A DNA stretch of 64,000 nucleotides, taken from contig JASCQW010000061.1 in assembly GCA_030264375.1 (NCBI GenBank), positions 118,896,150 to 118,960,149 of the forward strand. Direction: 5' to 3'. The notes below the pieces were generated by a model. That model saw only the letters and a list, made by a program, of their open reading frames with translations, ran no database searches and was not told where the DNA came from. A program made the translations under genes and the position numbers. This document shows positions 1 through 12,155 of this stretch, piece after piece (positions within the stretch are counted from its first letter, which is position 1; each line of letters starts with the position of its first letter). This DNA is from Carcharhinus longimanus. Taxonomy: Eukaryota.

Positions 1-262
1 GGGGGCACAGGTTTAAGGTGCGAGGGGCAAGATGTACGAGGCAGATTTTTTACACAGGGAGTAGTGGGTGCCCGGAACTCGTTGCCGGGGGAGGTAGTGG
101 AAGTGGATACGGTAGTAACTTTTAAGGGGCATCTTGACAAGAACATGAATGAGATGGGAATAGAGGGATATGGTCCCCGGAAACATGGGGGTTTTAGTTA
201 AGTCGGGCAGCGTGTTCGGTGCAGGCTTGGAGGGCCGAAGGGCCTGTTCCTGCGCTGTAATT
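1..262 (+). mobile_element. CR1-type LINE 3' end (relatively young, CpG-rich)
   Basis: ORF2 C-terminal DNA (ggcacaggtttaaggtg...ttttttacacagggagtagtgggtgcccggaac...) and 3' tail ggcttggagggccgaagggcctgttcctgcgctgta. Confidence 0.8.
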
Positions 263-2279
263 TTCTTTCTCTCCTCCTCATTTGAATTTTTCTTGTTCTG
301 TCCTTGATTTTGACTTCTGGTTTCATTTTTTTGCCTCTCAGTCATATCATGCTTCCTTATTTTTGAGTCAGACCATGAAATCTGTGATTAACTAGTTTAA
401 TATTTCTTGCAAGCATTTATAACAACTTGAAAGAAAGAAATTGTGATGATCGTGTAAGTCGGGGACAATGAAAGACGTGGGAGTATTGTATTTTGTTTTT
501 TTTTGCAGATAATGCGAGGTGACACTCTTAAGGTTGTTGGTCAGTGTGCTTGGAAAGAGTAAAAGAGGATGAGGCTACTAAGATGCAAACTTAGTTTAAG
601 CTTGAGGATTGCAGGAAGAAAGAAAGACTGAGGATTCTATAGACCTAATGAGGATAATGTTTGATGCTTGTCCACAATAATAGAGCTGAATAAGTGGGTG
701 TTACTTAAAAAGGTGGACAACATTAATTAGAAATAAAAACTGAGATAAATACTCACTTGTAGAAATAACAAGTGAGGTTCTTTTATAAAATATTAGATAT
801 TGAACCTACTGTTAATGTAATATTACCAAGAAAGTTGAAAAGGAGAATGTTATTGAATGACTCTCATTGCCTCAGAATGGTAGCATATTTTGAGAAACGT
901 AAAGTCTCTTTTAGTCTGATTTGTGTTTGACTTTGAAATATGTTCTAATTGATCTTGACAGATTAGGCCATCTCTTCCAAACCTTCTGTCTATAGTGGGT
1001 TTATTCTTCTAATGATAAAATATTGTTTGATATACTAAATCAGTTGCAATGTGGCAACTTTTTGTGATCAGCATCTTCAGATTTTGTGGTATGGCAAAGT
1101 TGAGTTAGAGCTTAGTCAAAGTAAAATGTTCCATTTTGAGCAAATTGAACGCACAAACCTTTGTAGTTGTCACTTATCTCTTAATAATGAAATATTTTCT
1201 CATGCTAATACTGGATATCTGAAAACAGCTATTCTCAGGCTAAATATTGCCAGTTGGAGAGTAAAGCAACAATGTGCTATAAACCCCAACTGCAAATTTA
1301 TCTGATCCTACAAAGCTCTTACTTCTCTGCCCCCAGACCTCATCTATGTTTCAGCAAATTTCTGAGGACATAACTGTTTCCGTTATAGCACGCATTACAC
1401 AAACAACTGGTTTGAGATTTTTCACCTTTGCTTTACGGAGCAGAAAAAGAAGATTTTTCAGTTTCAGGTGGATTCAAAATCCAAAGTTAATCCACCCTGG
1501 TGTCGCACGTCTGAAACTATTTTTAAAACTGGGCATTTGAATTCACCAGTGGAGAACTGCTGTCTTGAAATTATCAGAAATATCAGTATATGTTAAGCAT
1601 TTTTGGACATTTGGGATTGTGATGTGGTAATCCATAAACAGTGAGTGGCACAGATTTTTAAAAATGGTTATTTTATTTAGTGTTTTTCTGTTTGTTGTAT
1701 AATGTTTTGAAGATCACTTATTGGAATAAGTACTATTTAGGGACATATGGTCATGCAAGAAGGAAAACTGCTATTTTGTTTGATAAGTTTGACGTAAGCT
1801 TGAAAAATAAGTCATGCATCATGCTATGGGTTTGTTGTGAAAATAGGAAGTTATACACTTGACAACCTCATAGTCACTCAATCACAGTAGCTAATTCTTC
1901 CAGATATTATATAGAAATCAATTTGATGCACTAAATCTAGTAATTTCTTCAAAAAAATGCACTTGTCTTGATGTGGTTTCTGTTTTTGCTTTACATTCTT
2001 TCAAAACAAACACTGCTTAAATAGTTTAATTGTGAGGCCTTCAAAAGAAATGTGAAATTTTAGAATCAAAACTAAGTTTGCTGTTTTGGTCTAATTGATT
2101 CCCAATGGGAATACGTCATTTCAGTAATGAAAGATGAATTTCTTTTGAAGAATCGCCAAATATATGTGGCATCATAAATTGTCATAGTGGGATTTTCGAG
2201 TGAGTATACTTAAAAATTATATTCTTGTAAAGAATACACTTTTTGTGAATATATCTACGCATGTATAAATATTAAATAC

Positions 2280-3160
2280 AAATGAGGAAGAAGATAGGCC
2301 CTGGAATAGTTCCCAGAGTATTCCAGAAGTTGATGGTAGCGAAGAAGGGGGAAAATGAATAACCTTGTTTTGAATATGATTGGATAAGTAAGGGTGGACT
2401 GAAGTGAGAATAGTTCAACTCTACTGGATTATGAAGGAGAGACAGATTGCTAAGTTAACATGTCAAAGGTTGTGGAGAGGTTGAGGAGTAATAATGCACC
2501 ACAGTTGCATGCTTGAAGAACCAGCTTTGATTAAAGCTGGTGGGGCTGGATTACAAAGGTTCAAACAAGAAATTACAGGAAAAATGAATATAGATTTGGA
2601 AGTGACTTTGGAGAGAAAAGAAAACTTGGGATAAGATGGTAGTTTTCAAAGACTAAGGTGTTGGGGGTATGGTTTTTATGGTAGGGGATGAGGGGCTCTT
2701 GAGTGGAAGGGGAACATTTAAATACCCACTGGTACTGGAGTAAAAATTGGGTGACTTGTCGCTCACTGGGGGCCAGGAGAGTCATGGAAGTAGGAGCTAG
2801 ATTTTGTAGACCGGATAAGCTCGGACTGGACACGAGCAATGGCTGATAAATGTGGGGAACTGGAAAGGAGGGTACGAACGAATATGTAATTCATGATGTG
2901 CAGGCATTCAGAGGGATGTCTCCAGGTTGCATAGACGAAAGAGAAGAGATAATGTAAGAGATTCCAAGTTAACATGCTGTGGTGAGATGAAGTTGCCTTG
3001 TAGATCAGGTGAAAGCATCCAAAAACCAGTGTCCAGGTTTGGAAGTGGTTAGGGAAAGAAGTTGGATCTGGGACCCATTCAAGGGGAAGATTATCAGACA
3101 GTGCATTGCTGAAGGTTGTCCAATGAAATTAGATACTTGAGGAGGAGTGAAAATTTCATC
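2280..3160 (-). mobile_element. Decayed L2-like LINE, RT region
   Basis: Minus strand near 2290-2325 resembles the SGxPQGSxLGPxLF RT motif; purine-rich plus strand typical of antisense L2 remnants. Confidence 0.55.
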
Positions 3161-3817
3161 ACGTGGCAACAGAACTCGATCTAGGATTAAGTGTGACCTG
3201 GTTTTATACTATTGTTTGGATCCACTGAGTGTTGAATGCTGAGACTGGTTGGCTTTTTTTAACTTTGTGAATTTAACTGATTTCATTGTGAGGAAATCAT
3301 CATATACTTTCAATTAGATGTCCGAGAAACTCAGTCACCATACAAGCTCAGCACAAGTAATCTTGTTCGTGAATGTCCATGCTCTCTGCGTTAACCTGTT
3401 TGACCTTTTGCTAGAATCTGAAAAATGAACAAAACTCTTCTTTTCCCGAATAATTTTAGGAAATTGGATCTTCTCTGTGATGTGCTTCCACATTTCCATA
3501 GCATTGACCATTACAATTCCATGTTAAATTAAATGTGATAAAACTTCTTAAAATAATTCTGACACAAGCTATAACTTGCTCATATGGTGAGGTCTTTATG
3601 ATAATTCCCGTAGCAGCTTTTGTTCCTGTATTTATGAACTTTGAAAGATAATCAGGATAAACACACTGTTAAGTTGAAACATAACTCTCATGTTGTTATT
3701 AAAAATTATGGATTGCTGCTAAAAGTACTGGTACTATTCAAAAGAATCTGTTGAATCTTCCTAGAGTAGTGTTTTTCATTGTTTGAAGAAATCCAAGTAC
3801 CGATTTAAAACAATATA

Positions 3818-3950
3818 ATAAAAGCAAAATACTGCAGTTGCTGAAAATCTGAAAGGAAAACAGAAAATGTTAGAAATGCTCAGGTCTGGCAACCTATGTA
3901 GAGCGAGAAAGTGACATAACATTTTGAGTCAAATATGACTGTGCTTCTGA
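3818..3950 (-). mobile_element. Penelope-like element terminal fragment
   Basis: aaagcaaaatactgcagttgctgaaaatctgaaaggaaaacagaaaatgttagaaatgctcagg is the reverse complement of the terminus following the GIY-YIG-coding element at ~32170-32270. Confidence 0.65.
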
Positions 3951-5039
3951 ACTAATATTAAATCAATATATCATACTAAAACAGTATTCTGTGGGCTGGT
4001 GGTACCAATATTCCTAGTAGCAGCACTTTTGTCAGTTCACAAATAAATATGAAGATTTCAAAATGGTCACTCAAGTCATATGACCTTTCGCTGCAATGAT
4101 TTGAAATGAAATGCTTATCTGGTGTCTGGGCGTGGCCTTTGTTTTGTGGGTTATAACGTTCCAGTCATTAGCTTCTGAAAGGGTCACCACTTTGAGAATC
4201 TTGCTTCAGGGAAGCATTGTCTGGGAATACTCAGCGACTTTGCAAGAGAAGTAAGCTTATTAAGGTGCAAATGAGGTCCATCATTCCCTTAATGGTCCTC
4301 TTTTGAAATGGGCCTGGATAATCCCAGGTGTGATATGGGTCTGTTAAGAAATCTTCCTGAATAACAAGTTTCAATCTCTGTGCATCCCCAGGCTTCATGA
4401 TTATAATGCCCTTGCGATGCAGCGTGAGACTCCACAAGAATGAAAGGGGAACTCTTTTTGTTCTTGTAACTCCTTTCGGAAGCATGCAAGAAGATTGGCC
4501 AATCCTGTGAGCCATGCGACCTGTAGCAGCCATCTTTTTCACTCAGCCAAAGTCCATTTTAGAAAAGTAGCAACAAAAATATAAATGTGATGTGATCAGT
4601 TGTTTTTCATGTCTTATTGACCTGCCATATAAGTAATAACATTTATACATGAGGGAGACTATTAAGTCCATCTTCAATCACCATCCAGAATTTTAATAAA
4701 TCACAACCGTCATGTTATTTTACTATATTTTGCATGAATCTATAATATCAGTTTGCATGGGGGCTGGAAAAGATGGTTAGGAAAGGCTTTTGGTGGGGAT
4801 GTGGCTTAAGGAAACAGAAATCATTCTTGACTAGAAGAAGATATGATGGGTTGAAAATAGAGATTCATGGTTGCCCTTGTGGTGGGATGAACCTGTTTTC
4901 TTCCTATTTCCACCACAACCCCCAATCCTTCCCCACTAAACAAGTTGACAACATTTTGTGTGTATTGGGAGGAACAAAGGTTTAGCAGTTAGGAGATAGA
5001 AAGTACAATTGAAAGTTAACTGGCAAAATTATTTTTGTC

Positions 5040-6280
5040 CTGAGAACCGAAGGAAATGGGTGTAGAAGGATATTGGGGGTTGTGGGTGGTGAGGGATACC
5101 AGGAAGCATCAGACGTGAACTTCTCAGTGATCAAGGCAACAAGAATGGAAAGACAGGGGTGAGCAGATAAAGTTTATAAAAGGGGAGAAATTTGTAAAGG
5201 ACGAGGAGATCAATTAATTCAGAAGAGAGAGAGAGACACCAAGAAGAACTGAAATGGGAATTGAAGTGATTTCTGATGGCTTTTTGCTCAGTGCAGAGGC
5301 TGAGACAGGAAGGGTGTAGATGAGATGAGTGGGGGTCAATGGGTGCTATTCGGATTGGCGGTTGGTGACCAGTGGAGTGCCCCAGGGGTCGGTGCTGGGG
5401 CCTNNNNNNNNNNNNNNNNNNNNNNNNNNNNNNNNNNNNNNNNNNNNNNNNNNNNNNNNNNNNNNNNNNNNNNNNNNNNNNNNNNNNNNNNNNNNNNNNN
5501 NNNGGGATTAAGGGTTATGGGGAGAGGGCGGGAATGTGGAACTGAGACACGACAGATCAGCCATGATCTTATTGAATGGCCGGGCAGGCTCGAGGGGCTA
5601 GATGGCCTGCTCCTGCTCCTATTTCTTGTGTTCTTATGAGAAATTTGGGGTTGGTGGGGAGTAGACAGCTTTAGACATGGAATATTCTGCCGAAGAAAGT
5701 TGGTGCAAGTGGGTTTCATGGATGCAAGGTGATGGAGATATCATTAGTGCTGGTGGATACACCGATGATGTCCACATGGTCATTGCAGCAGTTTTCAGAG
5801 AGTAGACTTAGGAGTTTGATAAAGAGAAAGATGTTGCCCTTGTGAACTAAGTTTCAGCCAAAGCCACAATGTCAGTGTAATCATCCTTTGTACCTCATCA
5901 TTCACATGGTTAATCTGTTCAAGTGACTGGACGTCCAGGACAGGAGATCCAGAGAGTGATGCTGAGTCCATTAAGAGGTCAAGGAGTTAATCGCGAGGGG
6001 CGCAGTGAGATGGGAAGTGTTTGACAAAGTTACCCATCCACGGGCATGCTGGATAGAAAGGAGGTGGACGAAAGCAGAGGACAGTGCAGTTGGGAGTTGC
6101 TGATTTTTAGAAGAGGTGGGGTTGGGTGTGCTGGCTACTATTGAAAATGGAAGAAATGAAGGCTGGCAGGATTTGTGCCAGGGAAGAAAGGGGATAAGAA
6201 AAGGGCCAAGAGAAAAAAACACAACTTGATAAAAGTAAATGGTTTGATTCCATTTCAGAGTGGCATCCAAAACATGCTTG
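5040..6280 (-). mobile_element. Decayed L2/CR1-group LINE, APE endonuclease region (interrupted by a CR1)
   Basis: Minus strand at ~5840-5890 reads DDYTDIVALAET*, resembling the APE motif DIxxLTETW. Confidence 0.5.
5326..5635 (+). mobile_element. 5'-truncated young CR1 LINE (interior lost in a gap)
   Basis: VNGCYSDWRLVTSGVPQGSVLGP RT motif, then a 100-N gap, then CR1 3' UTR (gatcagccatgatcttattgaatggc...). Possible TSD atgaga at 5320-5325 and 5636-5641. Confidence 0.85.
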
Positions 6281-7239
6281 AAAAGGCTTTGAATTCAGCT
6301 TGCTTATATAATTTGGAGAGATGTCTTAGCCATAAACAGAAAAGAGAGAAGATGAGAGAGTCCAAAGTTTTGTTGTCAACCTTCCAGGGGTGACACTCCA
6401 GCCTAAAATTTTGATATCAAAATGATGGTATATGTGTTTGTATCTTTAGAATTTATATTGTGTGTTTCTATGTAGGTTTTGTGTTTTTTTTCAATTCTGT
6501 CATATGTTGCTCTGTGATCTTTTAGTTTTACCTCCTTTTTTCATTTTTTTCATGGAGTTTGGCTTCTAGTGGTTGTTCTGTTGCCTATTATCATTTCTTC
6601 CTAGTGTACACAATTGTATTTGCACAGGAGCTTAGACGAAATAGTGTGGTTTATAAACCTGTGTGGTGCAACACTGAAGCCTATTGACCATGGAAAATGT
6701 GTTCATTTATACAAATGGGGCCATTGTATAACTGAGGTTTCTGATTTTTGGGTATAATTAATCATGTCTCGTAAAACAAGACTGGAATCTAGAGACTATT
6801 TATTTTGGTAAGCATGTTTTAAGAGGCACAGAACTAAAGAGAAATAAAACATTGAAGGAAAGGTTGATATTTGCAATCTCTGGCTGGAACAGTTTGAAAT
6901 TATTATTGTCCACTGGTCAACCAACTTGAATTTAAAATGTAAGCTAACCCCTGCCTGCATGTTTGCACCAGTACACTTGTTACTGTACTTCCTTTCCCTG
7001 AGTTTATTGAATTTAATACTTTTTAAACAACACCTTACAATACTTCAAAAATGCAGTGGAAAAGATTCTGGAAATTGAAAGCAGAAATGAACAAATGGTG
7101 CAGTCCTCTGCTATGCTAATTCAACATTAATACAATTAGAGCTCATCCCTGAGGCTTTTCCTTACCATGTTGATGGTCTTTAAGTTGAGCTGAAAAAATA
7201 AATCATTTTTATTAAGAGCTTCCTTCTCACTGAAGACAT

Positions 7240-7565
7240 TTCAGGCCAATCCAGATCCAAGAACTTGCCCCGAAAATTCTGCGCACGTATTGACAGCTGT
7301 GGACATATTCCACCACAACCATCTAAACCAATTGACAACGTTCTAAATAAGACACCCCACAAGATACTTCTTTTTATCTCCCAATTTTAACAGCTCCTTT
7401 AAGAAATTCTAGGATCTGGATTCACATCCTCACCATCACCAAAAATAAATCAGCTCTTGAGGCATATCCTTTCATGTGAACCAAGTTTCATTGAAATTCG
7501 TCCATTAGTTTTTGAGATGCGTTGTTTACAGTCTAACAGAAGAAAACATTGTCTCCACCACTGTA
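7240..7565. mobile_element. Non-autonomous element with internal inverted repeat, possibly Helentron/DINE-1-like
   Basis: Inverted repeat 7248-7266 / 7404-7422 (11 bp perfect, 17/19 overall). Motif ccaagtttcattgaaattcgtccattagtttttgagat resembles repeats I recall from fish genomes. Confidence 0.4.
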
Positions 7566-8598
7566 AATATGAAAAAAAGAAAGTATTTTAGTATCATAGT
7601 GATGTTTGCTGGTGATTCGCCAAATCATTGATGACTTTTCGTGAGTTATTTTCACTGTGAGAAATGAAAATATTTCGGTGCTTTTAACAAAGTGTTCACA
7701 ATTATTTTTAAAAGCTAATATATTTTGGTATAGGTATGGAAATTGAGCAGTACCCACTACAGTCCAGCATTATTCTCAGACTTGCTTTTGCTTCGCCAAC
7801 TGTGGTCCTTATCAGTATTCTTTGAATATGTTTGACGGTGTGATTGCACTAGGTTACTATCACAACTGAGGTACCGTACACAGTTTTGGTCACCAAATCT
7901 AAGGAAAGATACTGCTGTAGTTCAAAAGGGCAGCTGAGCATCGTCTTCTGAAGAGCAATTAGGAATGGGCAGTAAGTGCTGGTCTAGCCAGTGATGCCCA
8001 CTTCCCATGAATGAATTAAAAAATGACTAATATTATGCGCCAGGGATTACTTGGGATGTGCACCACTTCTATCTTCTTCAAAAGATAAGTACTGTATTAG
8101 ACCAATATGGTATATTGGTAATAAATGAATAGATTTATCATACATAGAAAAGATAAGAGTCAGCAAGAAATTAAAACAGTAAGAATGAAATCAATCCAGA
8201 AAATGTTAAATACTCTTTGTAGAATGTGTTTATTCCAATGTTAGACAGGTTTTTTTGGACGAAAGTCTTTCCACATCTTGAAACCGTGTCGTGCAATACA
8301 TAAGTGCCGTCATTCCCAAGTTGATTTGTGGAATCCAGACATTGATTCAGGACTGAATTAAAGATGTTGGGAATAGTATCTAGTGTTCAGATCAAAGGCT
8401 CTTAGAAACAGCACTGTCCGTCAACCATAATCAAAAGTGCAATGGAGAATATTGTTGCATTGAATAACGGATGAACTGTTGTCGTTGTTGTGGACCCTAA
8501 CTCTTAACAGTTCCACAGTTCTAATTCAAACTCAAACAAGTCCTTGTATTTTGTGTTGATTTAATTTATAGACCAAACATCCTGGCTCTCGTTTGACA

Positions 8599-9255
8599 CA
8601 GTAAGAAGTCTGACAACACCAGGTTGAAGTCCAACAGGTTTATTTGGTAGCATAAGCCACAAGCTTTTGGAGCATTCATTAGGTGAGTGGGAGTTGTGCT
8701 CACAAACAGGGCATATATAGACAGAAACTCAATTTACAAGATAATGGTTGGAATGCGAGTCTTTCCAGGTAATCAAGACTTAAAGGTACAGACAGTGGAG
8801 TGAATGGAGAGAGGGTTAAGCACAGGTTAAAGAAATGTGTATTGTCTTCAGTCAGGACAATGAGTGAGATTTTGCAAGTCCAGGCAAGTTGGGGGGGTGA
8901 CAGTGTGACACGAACACAAGACCCCCCAGTTGAGGCCATTCTTATGTATGCGGAACTTGGCTATCAGTTTCTGCTCCGCAATTCTGCGTTGTCATGTGTC
9001 GTGAAGGACGCCTTGGAGAATGCTTACCTGAAGATCAGAGGATGAATGCCCGTGATTGCTGAAGTGTTCCCTGACTGAAGAGAGCATTCCTGCCTGGTGA
9101 TTGTCGAATGGAAGTCACAACTTCCACTTACCTGATGAAGGGGCAGTGCTCCCAAAGCTTGCGGCTTGTGCTACCAAATAAACCTGTTGGACTTTAACCT
9201 GGTGTTGTGAGATTTCTTACTGTGCCCACCCCAGTCCAACGCCGGCATCTCCACA
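8599..9255 (-). mobile_element. Penelope-like retroelement insertion with inverted terminal copy
   Basis: Minus strand encodes a GIY-YIG C-terminus (EHFSNHGHSSSDLQVSILQGVLHDT*QRRIAEQKLIAKFRIHKNGLN). ~75-nt inverted repeats at 8599-8675 and ~9147-9224. 12-bp TSD tct(c/t)gtttgaca at 8587-8598 and 9256-9267. Confidence 0.88.
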
Positions 9256-9889
9256 TCTTGTTTGACAGACAGTTGGGCTTCCATTTTTATTTTGACATTT
9301 GGTCAAGAAAGTTTTTATTTTTAGAATATATTTACTCTGTCTATTCTTTCAAGTAAACCCAGATAAATTCCCCATTTATATTGCAGTATTTTGAAGTTAT
9401 TGAAAGAGAAATGATGCAGTTTTAGAATGCTGAGTATTTGTTCCAATTGGAAGGTTAACTGATATAGGATAAGTCATTTAGCACAGCATGGGCTTTTTAC
9501 TGTTCTGGATTTTACTGTACGAGTTACTTGTTGAATTTCTACTTTTAGTTGCTGGGGTATGGGAGTGCTGGTATTTTAAATTGTGGGGTTATGAGGCTTT
9601 ATGTTGGGAATGGAGCAACAGTGACAACACAGAGAACATAGGAGTAATCCGGATCTTTTTTTTTATTTTGTTAACATTGATCAGAAACATTGACCATCTT
9701 CCAAAACTTTATTGTCTTAAATGCTTGGCCACACTTATTTAGCATTGGGTAACCTAGATAAAATTTGGATCAGCATTTATTCATAAACTTTATGGTCCTT
9801 ACTAATATTTCAATGGTGTGATTTTTCACTAAATTATTGCTGAAGACTTGTACATTAGACATAGCTTGATTATTGCTGCAAAGAGAGGC

Positions 9890-10220
9890 ATTGCTTTTCA
9901 TCTTGCGGTCATCAGGGCAGCGTGAGAATGGCGAATTTCAAACAGTTTATATTCCAGGAGCAAATAGTGTTGATTAGCTGACAAGTCAAGTCGATTGACT
10001 GAGGCATTGCCGTGGCAAAAGCAATGGGGAAATTATATGGTTCCCAAGCTCCCGGATAATTCGAAGGTTGCCACACTGTTGATCAGGGAGGGCGTTTCGG
10101 TTATTTTATTGCAGGAAGCTTGTGTGAATTAAGAGGCTTTTTTATACTTGTGAAGGAGCTGCCATCACTCAGATGCCCTAAAAGGAAGCTCTCTTACAAA
10201 TTAAAGTTGCAACAATTAAT
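9890..10220 (-). mobile_element. Short repeat bearing a minimal hammerhead core (Penelope/retrozyme-like)
   Basis: Minus strand 9915-9896 reads CTGATGA-ccGCAAgat-GAAA. The adjacent sequence resembles a shark interspersed repeat as I recall it. Confidence 0.45.
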
Positions 10221-10319
10221 TGGATCTATTTGATTTTGAACACTATTCAATATTCAAATGTATTCTCGAGTTTGTATTACTTTTCCAGTGAGTTTAGTAA
10301 ATTTAGCCAAAACATGACA

Positions 10320-10530
10320 TAGAGTCAGAGTTGTACAGCGCAGAAAAGGCATTTGGCCCATTGAGCCTGCACCAACAATAACTACCACTAAAGTCGCGCT
10401 AATCCCGTTCTCCAGCACTTGAATGTTATGATGTTTCAAGTGCTCATTCAAGTACTTTTTAAAGGTTGAAAGGTTTCCGACTTCCACGATCTTCCCAGGC
10501 TGTGTGTTCCAGATTCCCACCAACCTCTGA
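10320..10530 (-). mobile_element. CR1 LINE 3' end
   Basis: ORF shows RLVGIWNTQPGKIVEVGNLSTFKKYLNEHL (CR1 ORF2 C-terminus) followed by the CR1/HE1-type tail. Confidence 0.8.
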
Positions 10531-10764
10531 CTGATTCTAAGAATATTGATTATCTCCACCAATCAAATAATTCATGATTGAGTGTTTTTCAGGTGTCTCA
10601 AGTGTAGTTGGTAAAACATTGAACGGTGCTGGATAGGGGCTTGAATTGCTTGTCTGTGTCAAATTTTGCCTGGGGTATGTCTAGGGCTACTAAATGGCAT
10701 TCACTTTTACTGGGTTTGGAGGAGAAAATCAACTCCTAATTTGTTGTTCACGAAATAAAATAAA

Positions 10765-10955
10765 GTTCTGAAAATACTCAGCAGGCCTGGTGGCATTTGT
10801 GGGGAAGGACAGACTTTGATTTCGAGTTGAATACGACTAAAGCCGAGTCATATTCGACTCAACACCCACCCTGTTTCTATCTCCTCAGATCCTGCCAGAC
10901 TTGCTGATTATTTTCAGCACGTTCTGCTGTTACTGCAGATGCTGGAAATCTGGAA
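10765..10955. repeat. Fold-back of two Penelope-like termini
   Basis: Centre gagttgaatacgact-aaagccg-agtcatattcgactc. Outer arms tgaaaatactcagcagg / cttgctgattattttca. Confidence 0.7.
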
Positions 10956-11649
10956 AATTTTGCTTTTATCATATTCATGGACCACCTGCTGTTTGTAGAT
11001 GAATGTCAGGTGAGCACAGGATCAAGCTAAGCTGAATTGCTTCTTGCTGTGAATGACAGCTGTTAGGCAAGTCACTGACAGTCGACAGAATAATTATGTA
11101 TCTGGTTTGTGGGAGATCGTGAAAATTAAGACCTTTAACAAGCAGGCAGAAAAACGATTGTTTTTTTAAGAAGCGAGAACCTTGAGGAAATGGTGAAAAA
11201 AATTGTATGCTTGGTTATATTTGTTATATTTATACATGGCTTAAAGTGAAACAGTTTGAATTTAATTATGCTCTTAATTAAGAGTTATGAATAAATCACT
11301 ATATTTATACAGCAATTTCTCACTATTATTAATAGTTAAAGTGATCCAATAGGTTCATGATTGATGGTTTAGCTGTTAAGAAAATCTGTTCCCTGTAGAT
11401 GCTTTTTCCCAACTTGTTTCTGACATTTGGCTTTTTTTGCTTTTTCATGATTTCTATTAGTCTTGCTAATTTCTGCATTATTCTCGTGGTGAGTGTGGAA
11501 ATTAAACTTATCCATGTTGGAGGTAGTAACAAAGGCTGCTGTTTTCTGTATTACTCAAAATATTCTATTTCTAGCACAGGTTGTTCTGGATTATGGAAAA
11601 ATCTACTCAACCCACTATCAAATATTTCTTTAACTACTACACCATTGCC

Positions 11650-12050
11650 AACAACATCTTGCATTTATAAAGTGCCTTTAAGGCTGTAAACTATTCCAAG
11701 GTATTTCACAGATATTTTATCGACCAAAGTTCAGTGCTGAGCCACATAAGAACCTACGGGGGCAAATGATCAAAAACTTGGTCAAAGAAATAGGTTTTAG
11801 GCAGCCTCTCAAAGGGAGGAAGAGAGGGTGAGAGGTTTTGGAAATTAATTCCAGATCTTAGGGCCTCAGCAACTGAAGACACAGCACCCATTGGTGACAT
11901 GACTAAAATCAGGAATGCACAGGAGGTCAGAATTGGAGAAATGCAGACATCTTAGTGTGTTGTTGGGCAAGAGAAGATTACAGAGCTACAGAGCATTAAG
12001 CCACAGGGAAGGTTATGGATGAGAATTTGAAAATCGAAGCACTGAGTGTT
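11650..12050 (-). mobile_element. L2 LINE 3' end
   Basis: ttgcatttataaagtgcctttaa...aaacttggtcaaagaaataggttttagg...ttccagatcttagggcct is the antisense L2 terminus pattern. Confidence 0.7.
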
Positions 12051-12155
12051 GTGAAAAGTAACACAAAGAAAAAATTCAAGGGAAATGAAAAAGATAGCAA
12101 TAGATGGTGAGTGACAAAAAAAAAGGAAACAATTGAAAGGGGGAACTGATTGAAA

